DNA of 56,844 bases from Bacteroidales bacterium (GCA_041584015.1 JBFHES010000002.1:1-56844), one strand, 5' to 3'; shown: positions 9,551 to 19,781, numbered from the stretch's first letter. A program made the numbers and translations. The notes: generated from the sequence alone by a model not told the origin.

Positions 9551-10022
9551 TGTGAAAGTTCATTGAAGTATTCATTAAAAGGCTATTTGAATAATTTTTA
9601 TATAGAAATGTATTTAATTTTCTTTCATTATTAACAATTTCAAACTGCACTGATTCTACAATATCGGATTTTGATGACAAGCATTCAATGTCCAAGCCTT
9701 CAAAATGAAACTGAAGTGTGTCAATAAGCTCTTCATCTATCCTAATAAAATTTGAGGATTTTACTTCATATTGGATGGATGAATTATTATAGAAATCCAT
9801 TATTAAAAGATCATCGTCAAAGTATATTGTTGCTGCCTCATCAAAATCTTTTATAAACCTGTTATAATCCAAAAGCATAAATGTGTTGTTGCTAACTCTC
9901 TGCTGAATCCGCATTGACACCTTCTGAAAGTTAAGATAAATAACAATGATCAACAAGATAGCAATACCTCCAACGAACATGGCTACAAGCAATTCATATA
10001 TGGTAAAAGCTTTTACTTTCAT
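9540..10022 (-). CDS. Minor pseudopilin (prepilin-type N-terminal domain)
   Basis: 160 aa. The N-terminus MKVKA|FTIYELLVAMFVGGIAILL is a class III signal with Glu at +5. Its end overlaps the platform gene by 11 nt. Confidence 0.65.
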   Translation of the reverse strand: MKVKAFTIYELLVAMFVGGIAILLIIVIYLNFQKVSMRIQQRVSNNTFMLLDYNRFIKDFDEAATIYFDDDLLIMDFYNNSSIQYEVKSSNFIRIDEELIDTLQFHFEGLDIECLSSKSDIVESVQFEIVNNERKLNTFLYKNYSNSLLMNTSMNFHNEE

Positions 10023-10360
10023 CTCCTTGTAATTAATTCTCTGTAAAAAGCCTGTTTTCCAGAATTGTAATTTACGGTGATGTTGTATTTCTTTAGGTCA
10101 TTTCTAATAAACTGTTGATTTTCCTCAAGCTCAATCTGACAAATTGTAAAGTCAGTATGTATTGGTTGTTTATTAGCCTTTATTTGATTCATCGCATTGT
10201 TCATATAAACATACGATTCTACCTTAGCATCCAATTTATAAGAGTTTTGAATATTCAATATAATTACCGTTACCATTCCGGACAGTATCATAATAATGAT
10301 TAATGATACAATTACCTCAATTAAGGTAGATCCTTTTATTTTCCTTGTTATTGTATGCAT
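10019..10360 (-). CDS. Minor pseudopilin (GspI-sized, prepilin-type N-terminal domain)
   Basis: 113 aa. It has RKIKG|STLIEVIVSLIIIMIL with Glu at +5. There is a 4-nt overlap with the next gene. Confidence 0.65.
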   Translation of the reverse strand: MHTITRKIKGSTLIEVIVSLIIIMILSGMVTVIILNIQNSYKLDAKVESYVYMNNAMNQIKANKQPIHTDFTICQIELEENQQFIRNDLKKYNITVNYNSGKQAFYRELITRR

Positions 10361-11610
10361 TTTACTAATTCAATTTTCTTAACATCACCAAAAACATACG
10401 ATGATACATAGGTATTAGGCAACACTGTAGCGTCAATAACAGCATTGAGCAAATGATTTTCGTAACGTGAAGATGCTGAAATAAGTTCAAATTCATTGCA
10501 TTGCATGTACCCATAAACAATACCCGAATGAGAAACCTTTCCCTCACAATAAACAGATCCTGTGATTCTTGAATTTTTCTGGATACTCAATTTTACAGAT
10601 TTGTCCTTTACCCTTTTTTTCTGAAGAAGGATAATATCTCCCCGTACTTCAGAATCTTCTTTAAGAATCAAATTAGCATCAGGGATTTTATCTGTATATA
10701 AAGAAAGGATGCTTGGAAAAAGCAGCCTGGAATCAGCCCCAACCAATAGCCTTTCCGTTGCATACAGCTGACAACTTCCTTCGAAACCCTCTTCAACCTC
10801 TATAGTGGGTGCATAAATGATTATATCCTTTAATACAGCCGTTCTACTAATGCTTACTTTTTTACTTGAAACAATGACGATATTACCAATAAAGGTTGAA
10901 TTAACACTAATCTCCTTATCGTGTGAAAGGAATATTGTTTTGTCCTTAAATGAATTAAAGATTGAATCAGGTGAGTTATAAAACGACCAGCTATTGTTTC
11001 TGTCAATTTGTCGAAATTGAATATAAAGTGAACTTAATGTTTTTACGTTAATCTTAGGTAATTCCGATGTGCTTTTATGCTCATTACCGTTGATCAATTC
11101 AGTACCAACAAACGGTTGCCCCTCAATGCTACCTCTTCGTACACTCATACCAGGAAGATAACATTCCCCAGTTAATCTGGATTTCCCGCTAAGAGTGAGT
11201 CCTGTATTATTGTCGGCCAGATAAAGGGCCTTATTTGTGTTTTGGTTTTCCAGTCCTGTTAGTAATACTTTCTTCTTTCTAATTTCTTTAAAAGATGCCG
11301 TTACAATGACAATTTTATATAAGCCCCATTCCTTTTCCTTGAATGCGATGGAAATTCCATCCAGCGCCATGTGTTTGTTCAAATACTCATTTGTACATTT
11401 ATCAGGAGTCTCCATGTATAATTCAATAGAATTGTCAAGATAAGTTGAGATTTTGCTCTCTAATGCTGTTTTTTCAAAAATCTGATTGTTAAGAAAATAG
11501 TAGGTGATGAATAGCAAAAGAAGTACAAATACAACCAAAGCAATTGTAATGGTATATGCTAAGGTTCCCCCTCTAACCTTCAGGTTCGATAATTTCATCT
11601 TCTTTTTCAA
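10348..11610 (-). CDS. Large GspK-like minor pseudopilin with a predicted beta-helix-like C-terminal region
   Basis: 420 aa. The N-terminus KVRGG|TLAYTITIALVVFVLLL is prepilin-like but lacks Glu at +5, as in GspK. The C-terminal half has repetitive short beta-strand motifs. The true start may be an internal Met, because the ORF overlaps the upstream gene by 38 nt. Confidence 0.45.
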   Translation of the reverse strand: MKKKMKLSNLKVRGGTLAYTITIALVVFVLLLLFITYYFLNNQIFEKTALESKISTYLDNSIELYMETPDKCTNEYLNKHMALDGISIAFKEKEWGLYKIVIVTASFKEIRKKKVLLTGLENQNTNKALYLADNNTGLTLSGKSRLTGECYLPGMSVRRGSIEGQPFVGTELINGNEHKSTSELPKINVKTLSSLYIQFRQIDRNNSWSFYNSPDSIFNSFKDKTIFLSHDKEISVNSTFIGNIVIVSSKKVSISRTAVLKDIIIYAPTIEVEEGFEGSCQLYATERLLVGADSRLLFPSILSLYTDKIPDANLILKEDSEVRGDIILLQKKRVKDKSVKLSIQKNSRITGSVYCEGKVSHSGIVYGYMQCNEFELISASSRYENHLLNAVIDATVLPNTYVSSYVFGDVKKIELVKCIQ

Positions 11611-12106
11611 ATAATTCCCTGATTTTTTGCTTAAGCGCTCCTTTCTTCCTTTTGCGAACCTTCTTCACTTTAAGATTTTCATCCTCAACTTCCACTTCTT
11701 CTTCAATTTCCTCAACCAATAAAACTCCATCTTCCCAAAACTCCGAGTTAACTAAAACACCATTTTCGTCCCAGTAATTCCACTCCCCATTTTTAACGCC
11801 ATACTTAAACTGCCCTTTTTCAAGTAAGTTGTAGTTTGTATTAAATGATTCGTACAATCCATGTAACAGAAACCCAGAACTTCCACCTTGGTTGTTTTTT
11901 ATTTGCTTTTGGCTATACCAGTAATAGTCTTTTGATGAGCTATGATTGACTTTCTTGTTATGAACCAGGATGTTAAACTTAAACAAGTTATTGTCTTGAG
12001 TAATGGTCACTTCCCTTGTAGCACTGTTTTTTTGATTGAATTGCCCCAGGATCTCAAGAGGATTATTTAATTGGGCTATTACAAATATGAATATGAAATA
12101 TTTCAT
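11573..12106 (-). CDS. Secreted MORN-repeat / YwqK-like protein with a charged C-terminal tail
   Basis: 177 aa. It has a signal peptide, the segment GLYESFNTNYNLLEKGQFKYGVKNGEWNYWDENGVL (MORN-type repeats), and an E/K-rich tail. Confidence 0.5.
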   Translation of the reverse strand: MKYFIFIFVIAQLNNPLEILGQFNQKNSATREVTITQDNNLFKFNILVHNKKVNHSSSKDYYWYSQKQIKNNQGGSSGFLLHGLYESFNTNYNLLEKGQFKYGVKNGEWNYWDENGVLVNSEFWEDGVLLVEEIEEEVEVEDENLKVKKVRKRKKGALKQKIRELFEKEDEIIEPEG

Positions 12107-12203
12107 GTGTTTACAATTTACTTTTATAGGTCACATGTAACTCTCATGAGAAAATAATCATCCTCTAGTGTGGAATAAGTCTATTATCTTCTTCATGCTC
12201 GTT

Positions 12204-12713
12204 TCATCTTTTTAACTTCTTTATTATTCTGGGTTTATCTTCGCATACAATGGAAATGGAGTCATTCCATATCTGTAAAATTCTTATTTCAAATTTCTCC
12301 AGCTCCTTTTCAACAATGTATGTTTTATCCTCAACTTGTAGCAGTACTTTCTGAACGTCCTGAGTTTCACTGTAAACAAAACCTTTGTACTTAATACTTA
12401 ACTCCTTTTTCTCCGTAGTCTTTGTGCCTCTCCTTTTGTTAAATGTACTTTGCTTTATATTTTTTGTTTGATCAGATTTGTTATGTGATACATTTTTTAT
12501 CCGACGTGCTTTTTTAAGAAAAGGATCTGGATAACTTAAGCTCAACTGAAAAGTATCTTTTGTGCTTTGTTTGAACGAATTATTCATTCCTTTATAATTC
12601 GAGGCCTCAATGACTGGATCTGTATTAACAAACGAAAAGATCTTATAAAAGATCAATCCCCAGATTATTACAGCTGCGGGTACTAATACGTATAGAAGCT
12701 TCTTATTCTTCAT
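12204..12713 (-). CDS. Bitopic membrane protein with a GspC/PilP-like HR-type beta domain (tentative)
   Basis: 169 aa. It has an N-terminal TM, a basic linker, and the C-terminal segment KYKGFVYSETQDVQKVLLQVEDKTYIVEKELEKFEIRILQIWNDSISI, which resembles the secretin-interacting HR/PilP fold. Confidence 0.4.
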   Translation of the reverse strand: MKNKKLLYVLVPAAVIIWGLIFYKIFSFVNTDPVIEASNYKGMNNSFKQSTKDTFQLSLSYPDPFLKKARRIKNVSHNKSDQTKNIKQSTFNKRRGTKTTEKKELSIKYKGFVYSETQDVQKVLLQVEDKTYIVEKELEKFEIRILQIWNDSISIVCEDKPRIIKKLKR

Positions 12714-13666
12714 TGAATATTTACCGTAAATTTATAGACCTCTGTTTCTGATCCTATATTACCAGCAGCATCGAATGGTTTTAAATACCAATAATAATCT
12801 TCAGAGTCTAGCGGCGTAAAGTAATAACTTGCATTACTAACTTTTTCCTCAATAATGAATGTTGAAAATGCACTATCGTTTGAAAGGAACAAACTGTCAA
12901 ATAAAGGAGAACCATCATCTAATGAATGTTGCCAACCCATAGGTATGCTATTCCCTGTTGTATTGATAACAGCATTATTACCGGGATAACTAATGTTTGG
13001 TGTTACTGGTCTGGTTGTGTCAACCTCTAAAAACCGATGAGAAAATATTGTCGATGAACCTTCATTTTGACCTTGTACACCCCAGGCGTATATTCCTTCT
13101 TGTAGCCTTTCCTCAATTGTATCATTAAATAAGATTTGTGGATTTTTATATGCATCTCCTTCCCAACTATTAACCCTTATATCAAACCTGTAGTTATCAA
13201 CATTAGCCATATCTGTCCAGGTAAACAACACATCTCGTTGATTTGAATAAAACCATTCTGATGGAGTTAATAATTCCACCATTAGTCCTGTTAATGAGCT
13301 ATCAGAATTTATAGTTAAAACTCCCTCCGTATAATCAGTAGCGCTTGAGTAATTCAAGGCTCTAATTTGCCATTCAAATGTATCAGGGTACAAACTCAGG
13401 TCAACTGAATTTACAGATACCACTGTATCATATATGGTAAGAAAATAACCACCAGGCACTTCGGAAAACACTTGTACTTGATAATCTATAGCGCCATCGA
13501 CATAATCCCATGAAAACTCATGATTGAGTTCTGAAGTGTTGTATAGCGCTGGAGGATAAACGACATACACATTTTTGCTACTTATATCTTCTTCAAAAAT
13601 GTCGCCGCATGATTGAATTGAAAACATCGCAAATATTAGAATAGCTATGTTAAATCTCATTTTCAT
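12710..13666 (-). CDS. Lipoprotein with repeated Ig/Fn3-like beta-sandwich modules
   Basis: 318 aa. The lipobox is FSIQSC. The pattern FEWQIRALN / YAWGVQGQN / YYWYLKPFD recurs in about three modules. Confidence 0.5.
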   Translation of the reverse strand: MKMRFNIAILIFAMFSIQSCGDIFEEDISSKNVYVVYPPALYNTSELNHEFSWDYVDGAIDYQVQVFSEVPGGYFLTIYDTVVSVNSVDLSLYPDTFEWQIRALNYSSATDYTEGVLTINSDSSLTGLMVELLTPSEWFYSNQRDVLFTWTDMANVDNYRFDIRVNSWEGDAYKNPQILFNDTIEERLQEGIYAWGVQGQNEGSSTIFSHRFLEVDTTRPVTPNISYPGNNAVINTTGNSIPMGWQHSLDDGSPLFDSLFLSNDSAFSTFIIEEKVSNASYYFTPLDSEDYYWYLKPFDAAGNIGSETEVYKFTVNIQ

Positions 13667-14189
13667 CTTTTTTATAGGATTGTATCACCAATTTAACAAT
13701 CAATCTTTCTTTCTTATTTTCCCTGTCATCGAAGGTGTGAAAATCTGCAGAAATAATCTTCATTGATTTGATTTCAGATTCAAAAGCATTAATAGCTTTC
13801 AACAATTTATTGAAGGTACCTTCTAACTCAATAATCTGGTTCATTACCAGATAATCTCCTTGCTCAACTTGATGGAGGTCATGCAATTTAAAAATAGAAA
13901 GGTTCTTCTTATCAATGTTCGAGAAATAGTCAATAATTAGTGATTGGAAAGCCTTCTCATCAAAGCTCCTTCCAATTAATGAATCTAAAATAAGAACGTC
14001 ATGTTGAATTTTTAGGATTCTGTTGGGGGCATTTTCCACCTTTTCAAGATTAGACTCAAGAACTTTCTTTTGATTCTTTAGTCCAATCGTTGGTTTTATT
14101 GATACCGAATAAGCGATAAGAGAAACTACAATCACTCCAATTATTGTTAGGTAAAACCGTTGTTGATATGTTAGTTTTATTTCTTTCAT
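13650..14189 (-). CDS. GspM/PilO-like bitopic assembly protein (tentative)
   Basis: 179 aa with a single N-terminal TM followed by coiled-coil and ferredoxin-like-sized periplasmic parts. The call rests on its position between the GspL-like gene and the lipoprotein gene. Confidence 0.4.
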   Translation of the reverse strand: MKEIKLTYQQRFYLTIIGVIVVSLIAYSVSIKPTIGLKNQKKVLESNLEKVENAPNRILKIQHDVLILDSLIGRSFDEKAFQSLIIDYFSNIDKKNLSIFKLHDLHQVEQGDYLVMNQIIELEGTFNKLLKAINAFESEIKSMKIISADFHTFDDRENKKERLIVKLVIQSYKKDENEI

Positions 14190-15391
14190 TCAGCTTTTGT
14201 AATTTCCACCTCAATATTGAATAAACTGACATCCTTGTTATTTATATAATTCTTCACCTGAACTTTATGAATCCATTCCTCCGAATCAAGTTGATTTAAA
14301 AAAGAATTGAATATCTGATCATTGCTTGTTTCACCCAACAAACTAATCTTACTACTTTCTGTCTCAATAGCTTTGTGCAATTTCACTTTCCCTGTTAAAG
14401 GAAATATCACCATTTGATCTAATTTAATTCGGGACGGTATTTTTGATGCAATAATATCTGAGTATCGTGAAACCTCAAAACTTTTCCTTAATCCATAATT
14501 ACGATAAAACTTATCCTTTTTTTGAAATTCATTTTCCTTGCTTTCTAATTTATCCAATTGACTAACCTGACTTTGATAAACTACTTCCAGGTTTCCAACT
14601 TCTTCTGATAAATCAGAGAAAATCAGAAAATTAATAAGCAGAACTACGAATAGAAGACCAAGTGAACCTAAAAAAACAATTCGTGAGAAGAATTTGAATT
14701 TAAGTTCAGATTTCCCCTTTTCGCAAAATGAAGGGTTTGAAAAATAATAACCATCGACATTTATACTTAATGAATTTGCATAAGCCACCTGTTGAGCCGG
14801 ATTATATGTATTCCCCTTAAAGGTTACTTCTTCTGCAATTAACTTATTTTCTTCGATTGAAATTAGATCATCTGTTTGATGTTTTATGCAGAATCTTCCG
14901 GTACTAATTTCTGTGAGTTCTCCAGTATTGTCTTTAAATAATTCTTTGAGCGGAGCAGGTCCAAAACTCAAACTAATTAAATGCAAGCCCTCTTCCTGAA
15001 TCTCTTTTACGATTTGTTGGAGTTGAGTCTTTTTAATAATCGAATATAAAATCTGATTTTTATTAAACTCAAAAACCTGATACTCATATTCCTCTTCCGA
15101 AGCATAAGGTAAAACAGAAGTAATCACTTTTTCGTGAGCAACAGGTTTATTATGAATTTTATGGATAATGCCTTTTCCATCGATATTTACACTTACTGGA
15201 ATGTTTGCAGGAATTTCTTTTAATACATCTTTTAAATTATCCCCACTAATTATTTCAATTTGAGGATCATCATTTTTTTCTTGACTAACAAGAACGCCTT
15301 CTATTTGGAAATCGCTTAACGAAATAAAGTTGACCTGCAACGACAGGTGTTTATTATTTCCTTTCTTTATGACCCAATCTCCAATTTTCAT
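14186..15391 (-). CDS. GspL / PilM-PilN-like assembly protein (tentative)
   Basis: 401 aa. It has a cytoplasmic domain of about 230 aa, one TM (IVFLGSLGLLFVVLLINFLIF), and a periplasmic domain of about 140 aa. This is the GspL-type topology. Confidence 0.4.
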   Translation of the reverse strand: MKIGDWVIKKGNNKHLSLQVNFISLSDFQIEGVLVSQEKNDDPQIEIISGDNLKDVLKEIPANIPVSVNIDGKGIIHKIHNKPVAHEKVITSVLPYASEEEYEYQVFEFNKNQILYSIIKKTQLQQIVKEIQEEGLHLISLSFGPAPLKELFKDNTGELTEISTGRFCIKHQTDDLISIEENKLIAEEVTFKGNTYNPAQQVAYANSLSINVDGYYFSNPSFCEKGKSELKFKFFSRIVFLGSLGLLFVVLLINFLIFSDLSEEVGNLEVVYQSQVSQLDKLESKENEFQKKDKFYRNYGLRKSFEVSRYSDIIASKIPSRIKLDQMVIFPLTGKVKLHKAIETESSKISLLGETSNDQIFNSFLNQLDSEEWIHKVQVKNYINNKDVSLFNIEVEITKAE

Positions 15392-15404
15392 CCTAACTGA
15401 CTGC

Positions 15405-17342
15405 TTAATTTATGATTGTAGGTTTTATGAATATATTCAGTTTATTCGATGCTTTTGATTTGCTTCTGCTGCTAAATATCCATTTAATAACAGGAACTCT
15501 TGATAAAAACGGAATGCCTGTTCCCGTATTACTTGATGATTTTTCTTCCAATCCGCCCAAGAGTACCATTTCCTGATTCTTCACTCGAATGTAAGATTTA
15601 AAATCTCTTGAAACTGCACCAGGAGGTGCATCAGGAGATATTCTGCTTGTAAAGTCTGATTGTTTGATTTCAATCTCAAGCGTAATATGTTCATCGCCTG
15701 CAACAAATGGTTTTATGGTTAGCGACATGTCTGCATTAATGGGCTTGTAAGTTCTGGTAGTTACATTCTGTGGATTTTCATTACCTATTACATCATGTCG
15801 CTCCTCAAGGTAGTATTCGGTATTTCCAATATTAATGGATGCCTCATGACCGTTTAAGGTGGAAAGCATCGGTGTAGATCGGAGCTTAACCACACCCTGA
15901 TCTTCCAGTGCTTTTAAGCTAAGGTAAAATCCAGGATTCACTTTTCCAATCTTAAACCATCCAAAGCCATTAAAACTGTTTATTAATTTATTGACCGATT
16001 CTGTATTTAACTGAAAATCTACTCCGGGTGATATAACTCCACCAGATTCCAACCCTTCATAAGCACTTCCTATACCCGCACTTATACCTGTTGAAATTGC
16101 ATGGTTGCTATTGTTATCAATTATAATTACTTCAATCAAAATCACTGGCACCAGCTTGTCTATCTCCTTGATGAATGACTCAAAATGATCAATTTGTTTC
16201 TTGTTACCGGAAACAACCAAAGCGTTCAGTTCTATAAACTCAACCACAGTTATACCATCGGTAATATCCTCAGGTATTACTTCCAAAAGTTTCTCAACCG
16301 TTCTAAAATTTAAATAAATCAACCTGTTTTCAATGAATTCGGTAATGGTTTTATCGCCAATTAGATGAATATTGCTTGGCTTTTGGTGAATAAGATCTGT
16401 CCCATTTAGCAAGTTATCCATAAATTCCTCAAACGTAACATTAACAAGATTCATTGAAACAGTCTGGGTCGCTTCTGATAATAACATGTAGTTATCACCT
16501 GTCATTGAAGCTACTTCCGACAGAATTTCATTGATGGAGGAATTAACTGATACAATATCAATATACCCCGTTCTCGGAATATTAATAGTTAGGACTGATT
16601 GTTCTTCTTTGTTGTTTTTATTGTTTCCCCTATTACCCGAATTTCTGTTATTTGATTTGTTGTTAGTAGAAACGGTGGTCTTAGGTTTAGTTTGAGACAA
16701 TCTATAAGAATTATCCTGAAGTCGTTTTAGTTCAAGTTCATTCGAGAAAGCTAAATGATCCAGTGCCTTATCCATTGGCAGACCTTTTACAAAGGAACTA
16801 ACCAATAACGAATTTAGTCCCGGTGCAATTGATACATTCGAACCACTTTTAATGGTTATAGCTTTTGTAACCTCATATAAATTGTCATTCGATAAATCGA
16901 AACTCAATAATTCGTTTTGCTTATCATAAACAATTACGGGGAGTTTTATTGGAGTTTCTTTGGAAACAATAACCTCCGGTGCTTTCTTTAGATGAATAAT
17001 GCTTCCGGTAATTATTAGTTCCAGATCAAAATTCTTACAGAGGTACAGAATCACATCGTAAACCGGAACTTCAGTAAATGTATAAGATACAATTTGGTGT
17101 ATTCCCGGGTCAACTGATAAATTTATTTTGCTGGTTGATGCAAGGGCATTGACAAATTCCTGAATTGAAACATCAAAAACGGTTAAGTCAACTGTAGTGT
17201 GAATAATGCTATCTGTTTGTGCATACCTGTCAAGCTGATTTTGAATGGTATCCATATTTATTTGACCATTCAAGTTCAAACATAGACCTGAAAGAAGTAT
17301 TATTGAAAAGATATATCGAATCATGTTAATTGGTCGGTTCAT
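15405..17342 (-). CDS. Secretin (GspD/PilQ family)
   Basis: 645 aa. It has a signal peptide, three repeated N-terminal small domains, and an Asn-rich linker. The C-terminal secretin domain ends in GIPFLSRVPVIKWIFSSRSKSK...LNIFIKPTII. Confidence 0.85.
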   Translation of the reverse strand: MNRPINMIRYIFSIILLSGLCLNLNGQINMDTIQNQLDRYAQTDSIIHTTVDLTVFDVSIQEFVNALASTSKINLSVDPGIHQIVSYTFTEVPVYDVILYLCKNFDLELIITGSIIHLKKAPEVIVSKETPIKLPVIVYDKQNELLSFDLSNDNLYEVTKAITIKSGSNVSIAPGLNSLLVSSFVKGLPMDKALDHLAFSNELELKRLQDNSYRLSQTKPKTTVSTNNKSNNRNSGNRGNNKNNKEEQSVLTINIPRTGYIDIVSVNSSINEILSEVASMTGDNYMLLSEATQTVSMNLVNVTFEEFMDNLLNGTDLIHQKPSNIHLIGDKTITEFIENRLIYLNFRTVEKLLEVIPEDITDGITVVEFIELNALVVSGNKKQIDHFESFIKEIDKLVPVILIEVIIIDNNSNHAISTGISAGIGSAYEGLESGGVISPGVDFQLNTESVNKLINSFNGFGWFKIGKVNPGFYLSLKALEDQGVVKLRSTPMLSTLNGHEASINIGNTEYYLEERHDVIGNENPQNVTTRTYKPINADMSLTIKPFVAGDEHITLEIEIKQSDFTSRISPDAPPGAVSRDFKSYIRVKNQEMVLLGGLEEKSSSNTGTGIPFLSRVPVIKWIFSSRSKSKASNKLNIFIKPTIIN

Positions 17343-17352
17343 GTTAATTGAC

Positions 17353-18753
17353 TTAAAAATATAAATATTTCAGCACCTCTTCTAAACTTGTTTTACCACT
17401 GTTAAATAAATCAATGGACGAATGAGCAAGACTATTGGTAAGATCTTCCCTGTTTTCACTCAATCGCTCATTAATAATATCCGACTTCAGCTTGTTATCA
17501 ATTGGGATTACTTCAAAAATACCAATCCGACCCGAATATCCAGTGAAGTGACATTTTTCGCACCCAACAGCAAGGTATTGAACTTTTGTATTGAAATAAT
17601 TCTTGAGTGATTCAGGCAATAGCTTTACATCCAATACTTCTTCTTTTTTACATTCAGGGCAAAGTAATCGAACCAATCGTTGAGCAATTGATAATTCCAG
17701 TGTATTTGCTATTAAAAATGGAGGAACTCCCATGTCCGTTAACCTGGAGATTGCTCCTATGGCTGAGTTTGTATGAATGGTTGACAATACCAAGTGTCCG
17801 GTTAATGCTGCACGGATTGCCATTTGTGCTGTTTCACTATCCCTGATCTCTCCCAGCATTATTATATCCGGATCCTGACGCAAAAAAGAACGAATGGCAT
17901 GTGGAAAACTTAATCCGATATCTTCTTTAAGCTGTACTTGGTTAATACCTTCCAATGTATATTCAACCGGGTCTTCAATGGTAACAATATTTGTGTCATC
18001 GTTATTGAGAATTTTTAAGGTGGCATAAAGAGTAGTCGTTTTCCCCGATCCCGTAGGTCCGCTTATCAAAACAATACCATGTGGTTTTTTTACCGTAGAA
18101 AGGTAAACATCAAGTTGGTTTTTGTTAAAACCAATTATAGCAATATCTATACTGCTGGCATCCTTACTCAATAATCTTAATACGGCCTTTTCACCAAAGA
18201 GGGTAGGGATAACAGATACCCTGATGTCAAACCGACTCTCATCTTGTTTGAAAAGTATTCGGCCATCTTGTGGTAGGCGTTTTTCAGCAATATCAATGTT
18301 GGCCAGAATTTTTATCTGGTTGATGACATATTTGTATTCGCTTTTCTTTAGTACATATCGTTCAATTAGTTTTCCATCAATACGGAACCTCACCCTGCAC
18401 TTATTATCAAATGATTCAAAGTGAATATCGCTGCAATCAGTTTGCTGTGCCTCGCTAACCATATTATGTAAAAAACGGTTCGATTTAAAATCAACTTTAG
18501 AGCCAGATCTGGATAAACTGTTTTTTCGGTAGTACCTCGAAAGCTTTTCTTTAAATAAGGATTCTTCTATAATCTCAAAAATTATTTCTTTGGAAAAAAG
18601 CAGCTCCAACTGTTCCTTATTGTTATCAACATTATTGCTAGCTATTGAATAAAAATGAATCGTCCCTCCTTCTTCAAGCTTTGGTATTATCATGTAATGC
18701 CAGGCTTGTTCAGCGCTAATTATTTGTAATAATTCTGTTGAAACTTCAATCAT
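17353..18753 (-). CDS. GspE/PilB-family secretion ATPase
   Basis: 466 aa. It has a GSPII_E N-terminal-type domain, Walker A GPTGSGKTTT, Walker B IIMLGEIRD, His box GHLVLSTIHTN, and a tetracysteine motif CPECKK...CEKCHFTGYSGRIGIFEV. Confidence 0.9.
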   Translation of the reverse strand: MIEVSTELLQIISAEQAWHYMIIPKLEEGGTIHFYSIASNNVDNNKEQLELLFSKEIIFEIIEESLFKEKLSRYYRKNSLSRSGSKVDFKSNRFLHNMVSEAQQTDCSDIHFESFDNKCRVRFRIDGKLIERYVLKKSEYKYVINQIKILANIDIAEKRLPQDGRILFKQDESRFDIRVSVIPTLFGEKAVLRLLSKDASSIDIAIIGFNKNQLDVYLSTVKKPHGIVLISGPTGSGKTTTLYATLKILNNDDTNIVTIEDPVEYTLEGINQVQLKEDIGLSFPHAIRSFLRQDPDIIMLGEIRDSETAQMAIRAALTGHLVLSTIHTNSAIGAISRLTDMGVPPFLIANTLELSIAQRLVRLLCPECKKEEVLDVKLLPESLKNYFNTKVQYLAVGCEKCHFTGYSGRIGIFEVIPIDNKLKSDIINERLSENREDLTNSLAHSSIDLFNSGKTSLEEVLKYLYF

Positions 18754-18756
18754 TGA

Positions 18757-19281
18757 TTACAGCCAAATGAGTTGGGAATAAAGATAGTTATTAATAAACA
18801 AATTGCTTTCAACAAAGTAGTTTAATAAGTGCAAAATGGCTAATAAAATGGCCATGATTCCTGCAAGAGGAATGAGCTGGTTTTTCGATTTTGAAAGTAG
18901 TCGGTTTAGAGCATAATAAATTAGTCCTGCAATAAACCCAAGCACATTGAAAACAATAAAATAAATAGGTGAGAATAATAAAGAGATGCAAAATATAAAT
19001 AACAAATCTCCCAGACCGAATGATTCTTTTAACTCAACTAAACTCGATCTCTTTATGAATTTGAAATAACTTAGTAGAACAAATGAAACAAAACCAATGA
19101 TTGCAAAATTTAATAGTGTATTTTCCAAGAACAATTCTATTTCAACGTTCATGATTGAATATATAGAAGAAAGTAAACCTAACCCAATCACTAAAACTAA
19201 AGAAATCAACTTCTCTTTGAAATCCTGATAAGCGATGATTAAAAGCACCAATATTATTAATCCGGCTATTAGTTCAGGCAT
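18757..19281 (-). CDS. Short (TadV/CpaA-sized) A24-family prepilin peptidase
   Basis: 174 aa and polytopic. The two candidate catalytic Asp contexts are IIAYQDFKEKLI and FGLGDLLF. There is no N-terminal methyltransferase region. Confidence 0.55.
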   Translation of the reverse strand: MPELIAGLIILVLLIIAYQDFKEKLISLVLVIGLGLLSSIYSIMNVEIELFLENTLLNFAIIGFVSFVLLSYFKFIKRSSLVELKESFGLGDLLFIFCISLLFSPIYFIVFNVLGFIAGLIYYALNRLLSKSKNQLIPLAGIMAILLAILHLLNYFVESNLFINNYLYSQLIWL

Positions 19282-19284
19282 GGT

Positions 19285-19692
19285 TTAGTCCTTCACTTTC
19301 TCACGTAATTTCTTTTCCTGATCCACTTCCCAGACATTGTAGACTCCATCGCCATCAAAATCAACTACGGCTGTGGCTCTGATTAAAAAAGAATGAACAT
19401 CCGCAGATACAACCTCAATTTGGTAGTTGGCCATTCCTTCTTCTGTAACCAACTTCTCCTGCTCAAATCCAATCTCATCCAAATCGGTGGAGTATCTTGA
19501 GTGAAGATAAAAGTGACTTTTCTCTAAAGTGTAAGCATGGTTAAGCTGTAGTTGTGCTTCTGTTGCTTTAGCTTTGCTAATAAGCGGCATTAGTACAGGC
19601 AAGGCCAACAACACGAGTACTCCAATAATGACAAGAACTACAAGTAACTCGGAGAGAGTGAAGCCTTTAAGTTTTCTATTTATAGTGAGCAT
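19285..19692 (-). CDS. Major pseudopilin / type IV pilin-like protein
   Basis: 135 aa. It has NRKLKG|FTLSELLVVLVIIGVLVLLALP, the canonical class III signal with Glu at +5. It is the first gene of the cluster. Confidence 0.8.
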   Translation of the reverse strand: MLTINRKLKGFTLSELLVVLVIIGVLVLLALPVLMPLISKAKATEAQLQLNHAYTLEKSHFYLHSRYSTDLDEIGFEQEKLVTEEGMANYQIEVVSADVHSFLIRATAVVDFDGDGVYNVWEVDQEKKLREKVKD

Positions 19693-19715
19693 TAATGTTT
19701 AGTTAGAGTTTAGTG

Positions 19716-19723
19716 CAAATATA
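19716..19723 (-). promoter_or_regulatory. Bacteroidota-type -7 promoter motif TAnnTTTG (TATATTTG on the minus strand)
   Basis: The motif lies about 24 nt upstream of the pilin ATG. This suggests the secretion cluster has its own promoter. Confidence 0.3.
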
Positions 19724-19781
19724 AAGAATACTTACAAAAGTATATCTGCCGCATAGCATTATCAGTAAAATACAATTCATA

